IMG/VR virus record: IMGVR_UViG_3300026521_000471
Location: 160,468-224,467 of that record
DNA: 64,000 nucleotides
Reading direction: 5' to 3' (one strand)
Under the pieces are notes generated by a model that searched no databases, had not been told where the DNA came from, and saw only the letters and a program-made list of their open reading frames with translations. Both the position numbers and the translations under genes were made by a program. Positions within the stretch are counted from its first letter, which is position 1. The number at the start of each line of letters is the position of its first letter. This document shows, in pieces, positions 8,153-18,195 of the stretch.

Positions 8153-10843
8153 ATGAATAAAATTAAAACACAAGTACATACTATAATAATGCTTATTGGA
8201 CCTAGTGGTTCTGGTAAAACAACATTCGCTAATGAAATTCTAATACCCACATTACAAGAATATAAAGGTAGTGGAAATGACAATTTAAAAACAAATATAC
8301 AATATATTAGTTCTGATGATATTAGAAAAGATATTTTAGGATATAATTATAGTAAAATAGATGAAATTATGACTGAAAGTTCAACACAAGCATTTGAAAT
8401 ATTATTTACAAAATTAAGAGCTGTTACTAGTTATCCAATCAATGCTGAATTTGTTATTTTAGATACAACTGGATTAAGTGAAAAATTTAGAAATGATGTT
8501 TTAGATATAGCAAAAGATAATAATTATAATGTCGATATTATAGTTTTCGATTATAAGAATATTGATGAATATCAGAAAAATTTTTCTGATGAAGTTTATC
8601 AACAACCTAGTACTAATGGCAAAATTATTTCTAAGCATATAAAAAGATTAAAAACAGAAACATTAAAAACATTAAAAAAAGGTGTATATAAAAATATTCA
8701 TAAAATTAAAAATAAAGATTTTCTTTTAGAAGTTGAACAGGAGAATCCATATGATTTAACACCTACTATGTTAAAACCTCTTTATAGTGTAGATGTATGG
8801 GATTGGAAAAAATATACTGATAGAATATTAAATAGTACTTATGATTGGATTACTATTGGTGATGTTCATGGATGTATTCATGAATTAAAACAATTACTTG
8901 AAAAATATGGTTTTATAATTGAAGACAATGAAATCATAGATACAAACAAAACAAAAAATATAGGATTGATTTTTGCAGGTGATTTAATTGATAAGTCGTC
9001 AGAAGAAGATTTAACTGAAACTATAAGATTTATACATAAAAATATGATAAAATTTCAAGATCGTTTTCAATTAATATTAGGTAATCATGAAGAGATGGTC
9101 TGGAAATGGATAACAAATCATAAAGATTTAGAAATTACTCCAGAACGATTGGATCAGAAAAAAAGATACTATAATACAGCAATTTTACTAGAGAAAAATG
9201 AAGAGTTAAAATCTATGTTTTTAGATATTTTTCATAATATGAAAGGTTGGGTTAAATTTATAGGATTAAACAAAAGAAGTTTTGTAGTTACACATGCACC
9301 ATGTGAGGTTAAATATCTCGAAAAAATGGATCGTATTTCATTAAAACGTCAATATAAATGCGCTAGTAGAAGTAAAAACAAAGATAAGACTAATGATGAA
9401 CTAACACCATATTTAAAAGAAGAAGCAGTTAATAACCATCCAGTTCACATATTTGGTCATATGGGACAATCATCTGTTAGATCTTTTAAAAATAAAGTTT
9501 GTATTGATACAGGCTGTGTATATGGTGGAAGATTAACTGGATACAGTATAGGATACGGTAAACCATTTATTCAAAGTGTAAAATCATTATCTCCTAAGAG
9601 TGCAAGAAACGACTTTGGAAATAATCTATTTGAAGATATAGGTAAAGCTATAAAAGAAGTATCTATTGAAGATTTAAATCCATACAACCAAAAAAGATTA
9701 GATTATATAGTAAAAAATGGCATAGGATACATAGGAGGTACAATTTCACCTTCAAATAAAAACATCGAAAAAAATTCACTAGAATCTTTAGATAGTGGAC
9801 TTAATTATTTCAAAGATAAAGTAGATAGTGTAGTTCTACAACCTAAATATATGGGGTCTAGAGCACAACTGTATCTCTTTAAAGATAATATTGAAAAATG
9901 CTATGCTACAAGTAGAAATGGATATAAAATTAGAGAGGACTTAACTGATTTATTCTCATCTAAATTAATAGAATACAAGCATATTTTTGATATGTATAAT
10001 GCTGATGAGATAATTATAGATGGTGAATTATTACCATGGGCTCTTTTAGGAAAAGGTTTGATAGAAACACATTTTAAAACTGCGGATATAGCTATCCAAA
10101 CAGAAATCGACTTTCTGGATGATAATGGGTTTGATAAGGCTTTTTTAAGTTTAAAGGATGAATTTAATGAATCAGAATTTTTAAAAGATAAAAATATTTT
10201 AGCTAAAAAAGAATTAGCTAAAAAATATGGTCACAAATATCACTCTTATAAAGATTTAAAATTTGAAATTGATAGATTCATACCTTTAAGTAAACACAAA
10301 AAAGCTTGGAAAATTTTCAATAAACAAATAACCCTTTATGGAGATGATACAAATACAGATTTTAAAGGTTTTAGATTATTAAAAGTAATATCAAATAACA
10401 ATATAATCGATTTGGATCTAACCCCTAGCGAACACTTTAAACTATTAAATTCAGATGATATTCATATTGTTGATTTCAATGATAAAGACTATTTAGTTAA
10501 AGCTGAAAGATGGTATGATGATTTAGTGAGTAATCAAAATATGGAAGGTTGTGTAATAAAACCGGAAGTAAAGTTATTAGAATCTTGGATTGCTCCATAT
10601 TTAAAAGTAAGAAATGAAGAATATCTTTCTATCATTTATGGGTATGATTATAAATTCCCTGTCAAATTTAATAGATTATTAAATCAAAAAAATATTTCTA
10701 AAAAATTAAGACTCTCTATATCAGAGTATAAATTAGGAGAAGAAATGCTTAAAGCTCCTATGGGTAGTAAAGAACAAATACAGATTATAGCCAATCTATT
10801 ATTTGAAAATGAAAAAGAAGAAAGCGTCGATCCAAGATTATAA
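8153..10843 (+). CDS. pnkp: bacterial-type Pnkp (kinase-phosphatase-ligase), partner of Hen1
   Basis: P-loop GPSGSGKT; metallophosphoesterase GDVHG, GDLID, GNHE; ligase KYMGSRA, DGELLPW, EGCVIKP; terminus VDPRL. Confidence 0.93.
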   Translation: MNKIKTQVHTIIMLIGPSGSGKTTFANEILIPTLQEYKGSGNDNLKTNIQYISSDDIRKDILGYNYSKIDEIMTESSTQAFEILFTKLRAVTSYPINAEFVILDTTGLSEKFRNDVLDIAKDNNYNVDIIVFDYKNIDEYQKNFSDEVYQQPSTNGKIISKHIKRLKTETLKTLKKGVYKNIHKIKNKDFLLEVEQENPYDLTPTMLKPLYSVDVWDWKKYTDRILNSTYDWITIGDVHGCIHELKQLLEKYGFIIEDNEIIDTNKTKNIGLIFAGDLIDKSSEEDLTETIRFIHKNMIKFQDRFQLILGNHEEMVWKWITNHKDLEITPERLDQKKRYYNTAILLEKNEELKSMFLDIFHNMKGWVKFIGLNKRSFVVTHAPCEVKYLEKMDRISLKRQYKCASRSKNKDKTNDELTPYLKEEAVNNHPVHIFGHMGQSSVRSFKNKVCIDTGCVYGGRLTGYSIGYGKPFIQSVKSLSPKSARNDFGNNLFEDIGKAIKEVSIEDLNPYNQKRLDYIVKNGIGYIGGTISPSNKNIEKNSLESLDSGLNYFKDKVDSVVLQPKYMGSRAQLYLFKDNIEKCYATSRNGYKIREDLTDLFSSKLIEYKHIFDMYNADEIIIDGELLPWALLGKGLIETHFKTADIAIQTEIDFLDDNGFDKAFLSLKDEFNESEFLKDKNILAKKELAKKYGHKYHSYKDLKFEIDRFIPLSKHKKAWKIFNKQITLYGDDTNTDFKGFRLLKVISNNNIIDLDLTPSEHFKLLNSDDIHIVDFNDKDYLVKAERWYDDLVSNQNMEGCVIKPEVKLLESWIAPYLKVRNEEYLSIIYGYDYKFPVKFNRLLNQKNISKKLRLSISEYKLGEEMLKAPMGSKEQIQIIANLLFENEKEESVDPRL

Positions 10844-11118
10844 TAGTATTTTTGTATAATTCTAATAAATAATTAGTCATATCGACAAAAGGAGATAATT
10901 ATGTTACATTCAATTAGTAGATCTTATTTAAATTTTATTCTTACTCGGATAGCATTTACGTAAATACATTTATTGAATCTTCTATAAAAAATATCTTTGA
11001 TTTAGGTGGTGATTTATGAGTTTAATAATCATCTCCTATATAATAAAATGGTATAAAAAGAAAAAATAGAAGTCAAATCACTATGGTAACATGATTTGTA
11101 TATTTATCGGATGAAATT

Positions 11119-11457
11119 TCATCTAATTTGATTATCATCCGATATTAAAGGGTTTACTCGATAACCTTTGTAAATTTTATTTTTTAACGAATCATTCACA
11201 CAAGCATCATACTTTTTTAAAAACTGATTTGATATTTCTAAATATCTATTTTGTAATTCATATGATTTTACATTATTAACTTTATTTAAAAAATTTATTA
11301 CTTCTTTTTTATATATTAAACATGAATCTTTAATATTTCTTTGATCAATTATAATTATTTTATTTTTGATATATGAAATCCCTTCAGATGCATTATACCA
11401 TTGATCATCAGCGTTTAAAAATATTATACTAATTAATATTATTAATATCTTTTGCAT
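11119..11457 (-). CDS. secreted/periplasmic protein
   Basis: Signal-peptide-like MQKILIILISIIFLNA; overlaps upstream TM gene. Confidence 0.55.
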   Translation of the reverse strand: MQKILIILISIIFLNADDQWYNASEGISYIKNKIIIIDQRNIKDSCLIYKKEVINFLNKVNNVKSYELQNRYLEISNQFLKKYDACVNDSLKNKIYKGYRVNPLISDDNQIR

Positions 11458-11822
11458 TGTTCAGTATCCTCCATTAATCTTTCTATCGGTTCCCATTTAG
11501 CATTTGTACTGATTTTTTTATATTTTTTCTTGAGAGATTGTAATATACTATAATTTTCTAAATACTCATCCCATTCCGTATCACTTACTGCACATGGATT
11601 ATGTTCAGAACGACGCACTATATCTTTCAATATCATCATTTGAGTAATCTCTATTCGTTCAGTATTTTCCGATATACTATCTAATATACCCTCATAACTA
11701 ATATACCCACCAATACCGACTGTAATAACAAAAGATAAAAATCCGTATAAGGCAACGACTGTATTCGTCATTTTATTAAATTTATCAAAAAATGAATTAT
11801 TATTTTCTTTATTTTTAGACAT
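11442..11822 (-). CDS. single-TM protein, late promoter
   Basis: N-terminal TM helix; TATAAATA at 11844-11851 (-). Confidence 0.6.
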   Translation of the reverse strand: MSKNKENNNSFFDKFNKMTNTVVALYGFLSFVITVGIGGYISYEGILDSISENTERIEITQMMILKDIVRRSEHNPCAVSDTEWDEYLENYSILQSLKKKYKKISTNAKWEPIERLMEDTEQCKRY

Positions 11823-11962
11823 TTTATTACCTCTATTTTTCTTTATTTATATTTAAGTATTTTTTTTGTATAATATAATATAAATAAAAACACACTTTGT
11901 GTATTATTAAAACTGTTATTGGATCTAACACAAGTTAGAATGAATAACTAAGGAGAACTAAT

Positions 11963-12601
11963 ATGAAAAAAATACTTATAGTAGTAGACTACCAATTTGA
12001 CTTTGCTAGCCCAACAGGGGCTCTATCAGTACCCAATGCTGATAAAATAGTTGATAACATCCAATCTTATATCAATGATAAATCGTATGAAAATATAATT
12101 TATACTTTTGATACTCATACATCTGATAAATATAATGGTTCTGATGAATCTAAAATTTTTCCTTCAATTCATTGTGAATTTGGAACAATCGGTTGGAATT
12201 TTTATAAAATTAAACCCAGATATAAAAATTGGGATAATTTTATTGCAAATCGTGGAATCGATGAAGGTACAGTACCTTTTAACACCTTTATAGTTGAATC
12301 GGAAATGTTTTTTACAAAAGATGTTTTTGATATTTGGCAAGGAAATTCAATCTTTAAATCTATTTTTACAAATACCTTTAAACCAAAGGACACAATTATA
12401 GACATTGTAGGTGTAGCTACAAATTACTGCGTATTTATGAATGTTATGGGTCTAGTAAAAAATGGTTATACAGTTAATGTTCTTTCAGATGCTGTTGAAG
12501 GGATTAAATCATTTCCAGATGGATCAATAGATGATAGTTTTCAAACAAATATCAATGTTATGAAAAATAAAGGTGTAACTTTTTCTGGAGACATAAAATG
12601 A
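11963..12601 (+). CDS. pncA: nicotinamidase (isochorismatase family)
   Basis: VVDYQFDF..GALSVP, DTH, HC..GT.GW, GVATNYCV. Confidence 0.88.
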   Translation: MKKILIVVDYQFDFASPTGALSVPNADKIVDNIQSYINDKSYENIIYTFDTHTSDKYNGSDESKIFPSIHCEFGTIGWNFYKIKPRYKNWDNFIANRGIDEGTVPFNTFIVESEMFFTKDVFDIWQGNSIFKSIFTNTFKPKDTIIDIVGVATNYCVFMNVMGLVKNGYTVNVLSDAVEGIKSFPDGSIDDSFQTNINVMKNKGVTFSGDIK

Positions 12602-13494
12602 TTATGAAAGTAATAGAAAGTTCAGAAGAGAATGTTTGGAAATATATTTTTAATGATAATGAAATAGTTTTGGAAAGTGTATTATATAAATACGGTTCAT
12701 TCGATAAAAGAACTGTTATTTGTTGTTCTGTACAAAGTGGTTGTCCGGTTGGATGTACATTTTGTGGAACAGGTGCAAATTTCTTAAAAAATATTTCATC
12801 AGATCAAATAGTTGAGCAAATAACAACTATTTTTAAAGATAAAAATATCGAGGATATAAACAGTAGATGTGAAAAGCTTCAAATAATGTTTATGAGTATG
12901 GGTGAACCATTTCTTAATTACAAAAATGTTAAAGAAGCAATAATTAAATTGAATAAATTATACCCTAATGCCGACTTATTAATATCTACTGTTGGTATTA
13001 ATGATGATAAAATTTTTAAAGATTTTATTTCATTATCTAAAATGATTAAAAAAGTTGGTTTACAATTTAGTATTCATAAATCAAATGATACAGATAGAGA
13101 TAAATTAATACCCTTTAAAAAGAAATATACACTTAGGGAAATCAGAGATAGAGGTACTATTTGGCATAAAGAAACAGGGAGACAAGTATATCTCAACTAC
13201 TGTGTTGATGGTACAAATAATAGTCAAAATGATATTGAGAATCTTAAGAATCTCTTTTCTCCAATTATTTTTAATATGACATTTAGTGTTATTTGTGAAG
13301 CAGATGAAACAATGAAAGATAGTTCATGTAGAAATTTGAATACGATTAGAGATTTTGAAAAATCTTTTATTGAAGAAGGGTATAATACCAGAATATTTGA
13401 TCCTGCTGGACAGGACGATATTGGTGGAGGATGTGGCCAATTATGGTTCGTTCAAGATTATCTTAAAAATAAAAAAATGAAAGCAGAGGTATAA
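12598..13494 (+). CDS. RlmN/Cfr-family radical SAM RNA methyltransferase-like
   Basis: SVQSGCPVGCTFCGTG, MSMGEPFLN, DIGGGCGQL. Confidence 0.85.
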   Translation: MIMKVIESSEENVWKYIFNDNEIVLESVLYKYGSFDKRTVICCSVQSGCPVGCTFCGTGANFLKNISSDQIVEQITTIFKDKNIEDINSRCEKLQIMFMSMGEPFLNYKNVKEAIIKLNKLYPNADLLISTVGINDDKIFKDFISLSKMIKKVGLQFSIHKSNDTDRDKLIPFKKKYTLREIRDRGTIWHKETGRQVYLNYCVDGTNNSQNDIENLKNLFSPIIFNMTFSVICEADETMKDSSCRNLNTIRDFEKSFIEEGYNTRIFDPAGQDDIGGGCGQLWFVQDYLKNKKMKAEV

Positions 13495-13498
13495 AATT

Positions 13499-14452
13499 AT
13501 GGAAAAAATAGAAACACTAACCGATATGGTAGAAGTAATCAGAGAAATAAAAACACCGACAAGTCAAAAAGCTAATATGGTTGTAGGAAATATTAGAGCA
13601 CAAATTAAAAATTACGTACAACGTAATAATCTTAAATCACTTGTAGTAGGTGTGAGTGGGGGTCTTGATTCAGCTGTTGTAGCGGCTCTTTGTCAAGAAG
13701 AATTTACAGGAGTACCTCTAATTGGTCTTTCTATTCCTATGAGTTCAACTAACGCTCACAAAGAACAGGCAGAATGGGTAGGTAATACCTTTTGTACGGC
13801 TTTTGAAGAATTCAACTATTGGGATGAAACTTTTCAGTACAATGAAGAAGAAGGTACTGATATGATGAGTGAAGTATTTAATACCGTTTCAGCAACAGAT
13901 AAAGTTGCTGAAAAAGCAGGATTTAAAACGGAAGATTTTCCAAAAAATGTTCTTCAAGGTAATATTAAAGCGAGGCTTAGAATGATAACTCTTTATGACC
14001 TTGCAAGAAAAACAAACGGTATGGTTCTTTCAACAGATAACCTTTCTGAATTTCAAATGGGATTTTGGACTATTTGTGGTGATGTAGGTGATTTTGGACC
14101 TATCCAAAATGTTGGTAAGGGGTTTGAGCTTCCAGCCATAGCAAGAGCTCTTGGAATAAGAGCAGATATTATCACTCAATCGCCTAGTGATGGACTAATG
14201 GTAACTGAAGAAAATACAGATGAGGCTCAACTTGGAGCTAATTATGAGGAAGTTGATACTATTATGAGTATTTATCTTGGCAATATCAATAAACCAAAAG
14301 AAATTATAGATAAACTTAAAAGTAACCTATTTAATATTATTAATGATAAAAAGAGTGCTAAGAAAATTTCAAATGTAATTACACGTTATGAAAATTCACA
14401 CTTTAAACGTAATGGTACAATCAACCTTACAAGAGAACAGATCGGAATCTAA
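13499..14452 (+). CDS. nadE: NH3-dependent NAD+ synthetase
   Basis: GVSGGLDSAV, GNIKARLRM, STDNLSE, GFWTICGD, PSDGL, DEAQLG. Confidence 0.93.
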   Translation: MEKIETLTDMVEVIREIKTPTSQKANMVVGNIRAQIKNYVQRNNLKSLVVGVSGGLDSAVVAALCQEEFTGVPLIGLSIPMSSTNAHKEQAEWVGNTFCTAFEEFNYWDETFQYNEEEGTDMMSEVFNTVSATDKVAEKAGFKTEDFPKNVLQGNIKARLRMITLYDLARKTNGMVLSTDNLSEFQMGFWTICGDVGDFGPIQNVGKGFELPAIARALGIRADIITQSPSDGLMVTEENTDEAQLGANYEEVDTIMSIYLGNINKPKEIIDKLKSNLFNIINDKKSAKKISNVITRYENSHFKRNGTINLTREQIGI

Positions 14453-14477
14453 ATTCCGATCAAAAAAAAGGATATTT

Positions 14478-14822
14478 ATGGTTTACCGTTCTAAAGCTGA
14501 TTTAGAGGAAATTAGAAAGTCACAAAATAATATTAAATTATATGCTGTATATTCACATCTTGCATTACCCGTATTTAAAATCAAATCATTAAGTAAAAAA
14601 TATGTATATTGGGAAGATAATTCAAAACATCCATATCCTAGTAATTCAGCAGGTTATATATTAACAGACAATTTATATGAAGGTTGGAAAATATATAAAG
14701 ATACTTATAATAAACGGAAAAAATTTATTGAAGACCAATATAAATCAGAAATACAAAAATTAACAATGGCAGAATCTATACTAGATTCTCTTTCAAAATC
14801 AAATCCAGAACTTTTTATCTGA
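14478..14822 (+). CDS. hypothetical protein (C-terminal NPELFI)
   Basis: AAGGA RBS before ATG 14478 (track start 14388). Confidence 0.6.
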   Translation: MVYRSKADLEEIRKSQNNIKLYAVYSHLALPVFKIKSLSKKYVYWEDNSKHPYPSNSAGYILTDNLYEGWKIYKDTYNKRKKFIEDQYKSEIQKLTMAESILDSLSKSNPELFI

Positions 14823-14851
14823 TTTTAAGTATAATTCCATTATAATCCACT

Positions 14852-15172
14852 ATGTTAAATAATTTAAAATTAAAGTTCATTTATACATTTATCAATTTTA
14901 AAATACAAAGGGTAGGACATATGTTAAATCTCAAAATAGATCCAGATAATAAATCCATAAAATTATCTATTTTATTACTTGGTGAAGATGAACCATTAGA
15001 TATAGATATTAAATCTTATGAACTAATAGAAGAAAATAATAAATCTTATATAAAAATAAATGATGTAGAAACTAGTAAAACATGGATGAATATCCTAATA
15101 TTAGAATTTGTTGAAAATAATAAGATAGAAATTTCAAATAAAATTTCAAAACTATTGAAAATAATTATATAA
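14852..15172 (+). CDS. hypothetical protein
   Basis: 106-aa ORF. Confidence 0.55.
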   Translation: MLNNLKLKFIYTFINFKIQRVGHMLNLKIDPDNKSIKLSILLLGEDEPLDIDIKSYELIEENNKSYIKINDVETSKTWMNILILEFVENNKIEISNKISKLLKIII

Positions 15173-15185
15173 AAAAGGACATAGC

Positions 15186-15389
15186 ATGACACATAATGAA
15201 TTAACAAAATTAAATAATTTAGTAGAAAACCTAAATACAAAATTTAATGAAAATAAAACATTAGAGGGTTTTATACGTTTTACGAAAAAAATTAATATGG
15301 TTGAGACAGTTTCATTTAAACAAGTTAAGTATGAGATTGATTTAATGTATGAACGTCTTTTAGAAGAACAAGAAGAAAATACATGGTAA
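15186..15389 (+). CDS. hypothetical protein
   Basis: AAGGA RBS. Confidence 0.55.
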   Translation: MTHNELTKLNNLVENLNTKFNENKTLEGFIRFTKKINMVETVSFKQVKYEIDLMYERLLEEQEENTW

Positions 15390-15398
15390 AGGATAACT

Positions 15399-16538
15399 AT
15401 GAAAAAAAGTATGAGAGAAGAATCTTTAGGAACTAGACTTAAAGGTTATGAAAGAGAGTTTGAATCAGTAATCGATCCAAAGGATTTTATTATTTGTAGA
15501 ATTGATGGACATAAATTTAGCAAATATACAAAAGGTATGAAAAAACCATTTGATAAAATGTTGTCAAATACAATGGAGGAAACTACTAAAGACCTTGTTG
15601 AAAAATTTGGAGCCGTAACGGGCTATACGCAATCTGATGAAATTTCATTGGTTTTTGTCCCTCAATTCAAAGAAAGATTAATACCTATTGAAACCAAAGA
15701 ATTATTTGTTCTTAATGATGAAGAAGCAACCTATAAAGTTTATGACAAAGAATACAACTTGCTAGGTTCATTAGATATTAGTTATGAAGATATGGATGAT
15801 GAATATTTCAGTATTAACTTTTGGGTAGTTTCTGATACTAATGATGAAATTATCGATCAATGTTCTTGGCAAAATAGAAACTCTAAAACTGAGGCTAAAG
15901 CATTAGAAACGCTTTTAAAGTATATCATTAAGAAAGTTGAAATAACAAATGAGCAAATTTTTGGAGGAAGAGTTCAGAAATTAACTTCTTTGATTGCGGC
16001 ATATACTACTATGCAGTTTAATAAACACTTTTCTAAATTTTTAGAAAAAACATACGAAGATTATGAAGAAAAATTAGAAAAGGGCGAAATCGATACGAAT
16101 AGTTTAGAGGCCATGAAATACCTTAAAACAATGGATGAAAAAGTAGGTAATGCTTGGTTTGATGCTAGAGTTTATGGCGTATCATCTAAAGAAGAAGCAT
16201 TTAACAGTATTATGTGGCGAATTCGTGATGCCGAGAAGAACTCTAGATCAATGTTTGCACAGACATACTGCTCTCATAAATCGCTATTAGGAAAAAATGG
16301 TCTTGAACAGGTTGAATACTGTAAAGAAACTACTGGTAAAGATTGGGAAGAAGTTGAAGATAAATACAAATATGGCATTTTAGTTAAAAAAGAAAAATAT
16401 CTTAAACCTATTTCTGAAGGGACTATGGATTATGCTCAAAATGATTTTGTAGAAAGATCCAGAATTATTAGTTGGGCTGAAAAAATTACTACTTTCTCTG
16501 GTGAAAAAGTTGAAATGGTTGTTAGGAAATATAAATGA
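15399..16538 (+). CDS. Thg1-like 3'-5' nucleotidyltransferase (tRNA-His guanylyltransferase family)
   Basis: RIDGHKFSKYT, KPFD, YTQSDEISL, FGGRVQKL, FDARV, WRIRDAEKNS. Confidence 0.9.
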   Translation: MKKSMREESLGTRLKGYEREFESVIDPKDFIICRIDGHKFSKYTKGMKKPFDKMLSNTMEETTKDLVEKFGAVTGYTQSDEISLVFVPQFKERLIPIETKELFVLNDEEATYKVYDKEYNLLGSLDISYEDMDDEYFSINFWVVSDTNDEIIDQCSWQNRNSKTEAKALETLLKYIIKKVEITNEQIFGGRVQKLTSLIAAYTTMQFNKHFSKFLEKTYEDYEEKLEKGEIDTNSLEAMKYLKTMDEKVGNAWFDARVYGVSSKEEAFNSIMWRIRDAEKNSRSMFAQTYCSHKSLLGKNGLEQVEYCKETTGKDWEEVEDKYKYGILVKKEKYLKPISEGTMDYAQNDFVERSRIISWAEKITTFSGEKVEMVVRKYK

Positions 16539-16801
16539 TTTCTAATCCTCCAGAAGATTTAGTAGAGGTTGTGAAACTTCTACTAACAGATAATCTTAAA
16601 GATTTTAAACCTTTAGATGATTTTATTAAAACAGATGAAAATGATTTGATAAAATATCATTTTAGTTTGGGTATGGAGTTAAGAAATCATTATAGTTTAT
16701 GGACGAAAAGATTCGAAGATAAAAATGGCTTTGAAATTCATCCAGATGACGTATCATTTGAATTTATAAAATATGCTCATACACAATTAAAAATTAATTA
16801 G
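16535..16801 (+). CDS. conserved hypothetical protein
   Basis: YHFSLGMELRNHYSLW..HPDDVS motif. Confidence 0.6.
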   Translation: MISNPPEDLVEVVKLLLTDNLKDFKPLDDFIKTDENDLIKYHFSLGMELRNHYSLWTKRFEDKNGFEIHPDDVSFEFIKYAHTQLKIN

Positions 16802-16809
16802 GAAAATTT

Positions 16810-17238
16810 ATGAAACCTACGTCTATTGGAATTATTCCCTATCGGTTTTCTGAAAACGGGGTATCTATTCTTTTAATGCGGTCTTCTAAGAAAAATGATA
16901 GATTCGATTTTGTTAAAGGTAAGATAGAACCTTATGAAACTAGAGTAGACTGTTGTTTACGAGAAGTTCAGGAAGAAATAGGTGTTTCACTTTCCAAAGA
17001 AGATTTAGACTTTTCTGTTAAGCAATACAATAAGAAGAAAAATATTGAATTATTCTTTATTCATTGGGATAAATATTTGTATAAGCAATTTAAATTAGAT
17101 GAACGAGAAGTTTTTGAACTAAAATGGTTTAATTTGAATGAAATACCTACAATTTCTCAGAACCAACGTTTGATTATTACGAAAATAAATGAAAGATTTA
17201 ACAAATTACATCAACTACTAAGGAGTAACTATGTTTGA
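16810..17238 (+). CDS. Nudix hydrolase
   Basis: KGKIEPYETRVDCCLREVQEEIG Nudix box. Confidence 0.88.
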   Translation: MKPTSIGIIPYRFSENGVSILLMRSSKKNDRFDFVKGKIEPYETRVDCCLREVQEEIGVSLSKEDLDFSVKQYNKKKNIELFFIHWDKYLYKQFKLDEREVFELKWFNLNEIPTISQNQRLIITKINERFNKLHQLLRSNYV

Positions 17239-17376
17239 TGAATTAAAAATTACTTGTCTTAAAACTGGCGAATTTAAAATACTTAATATATGGGAAAGTA
17301 GACTATCTATTCATGACCTCAATATTATAACATTGTTTTACAAAAATCATAAAGATTTTACTATTGAAGTTGTTGA

Positions 17377-17898
17377 ATGAACGCCTTGTTCTTAGATATT
17401 GATGGAGTTTTAAATAATTACCATCTTAAAGAACCATTTACTTTTCCAAACGGTTATACACAGCAACCAGTTAAAGGCACTCAAAATAAATGGAATGGTT
17501 TAATGGGTATGGATTATGATAAAGTTAATTTATTAAATGAAATACTTGAAAGTAACGAGTGGAAAGTAATAATATCAAGCTCTTGGTATTATTCGGATAG
17601 TACTGTTAATGCGTTAAAACATTTTGGTTTTAAATATTCAGATAGAATTATTGGTGGTACAAATAGAAAATCATATGGTAGAGGAAAACAAATCCTAGAT
17701 GCTGTTGAAGATTTTAAAGTAACAGATTTTATTATTTTAGATGATGAACTATTTGATATTACTGGAAACTCTGAATTTGTTAGTAATAATATGCGAGAAA
17801 TATTTAGAGATAGAGTGTTTAAAACAAATCCATACATAGGTTTAACTGAAAAGACAGTCTCTAATATTTTAAAAAGATTAGACTATTTTATAATTTAA
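17377..17898 (+). CDS. HAD phosphatase of the Swiss-Army-knife RNA-repair type
   Basis: LFLDIDGVLN, VIISSSW, RG.QI, FIILDD. Confidence 0.8.
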   Translation: MNALFLDIDGVLNNYHLKEPFTFPNGYTQQPVKGTQNKWNGLMGMDYDKVNLLNEILESNEWKVIISSSWYYSDSTVNALKHFGFKYSDRIIGGTNRKSYGRGKQILDAVEDFKVTDFIILDDELFDITGNSEFVSNNMREIFRDRVFKTNPYIGLTEKTVSNILKRLDYFII

Positions 17899-17900
17899 GG

Positions 17901-17908
17901 TATAAATA
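17901..17908 (+). promoter_or_regulatory. T4-type late promoter
   Basis: TATAAATA before GGAG RBS/ATG 17937. Confidence 0.55.
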
Positions 17909-17936
17909 TATTAAAAATAGAATATGGAGAATATTT

Positions 17937-18191
17937 ATGAAATTTTCAACAGTAAAAGAAATGGAAGAGACATTGAAAAAAATTAAATCAAAAAAAGAAT
18001 TATCTCAAGATATATCATTTAGAAGTCAAGGTGAAGAAATTTTTCTTGAATTTATAGGTGAAGGAACAAGACAAAATCTTAAAGATATGATATGGATAGG
18101 TAGAGAAACAGCAGATAATCTAAGGATTTCATTTGATGATAATGGCGATGATTCAATTAATATCCTAGAATATTCTTTAAATAGAGGATAA
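17937..18191 (+). CDS. hypothetical protein
   Basis: GGAG RBS, late promoter. Confidence 0.6.
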   Translation: MKFSTVKEMEETLKKIKSKKELSQDISFRSQGEEIFLEFIGEGTRQNLKDMIWIGRETADNLRISFDDNGDDSINILEYSLNRG

Positions 18192-18195
18192 TAAA

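Noticed and set aside
11119-11822. Spanin or holin pair
   Set aside because: TM plus signal-peptide arrangement is suggestive, but there is no lipobox Cys and no endolysin nearby
11885-11962. NAD-sensing riboswitch upstream of pncA
   Set aside because: Only a small hairpin (tctaac-acaa-gttaga); no recognisable aptamer consensus
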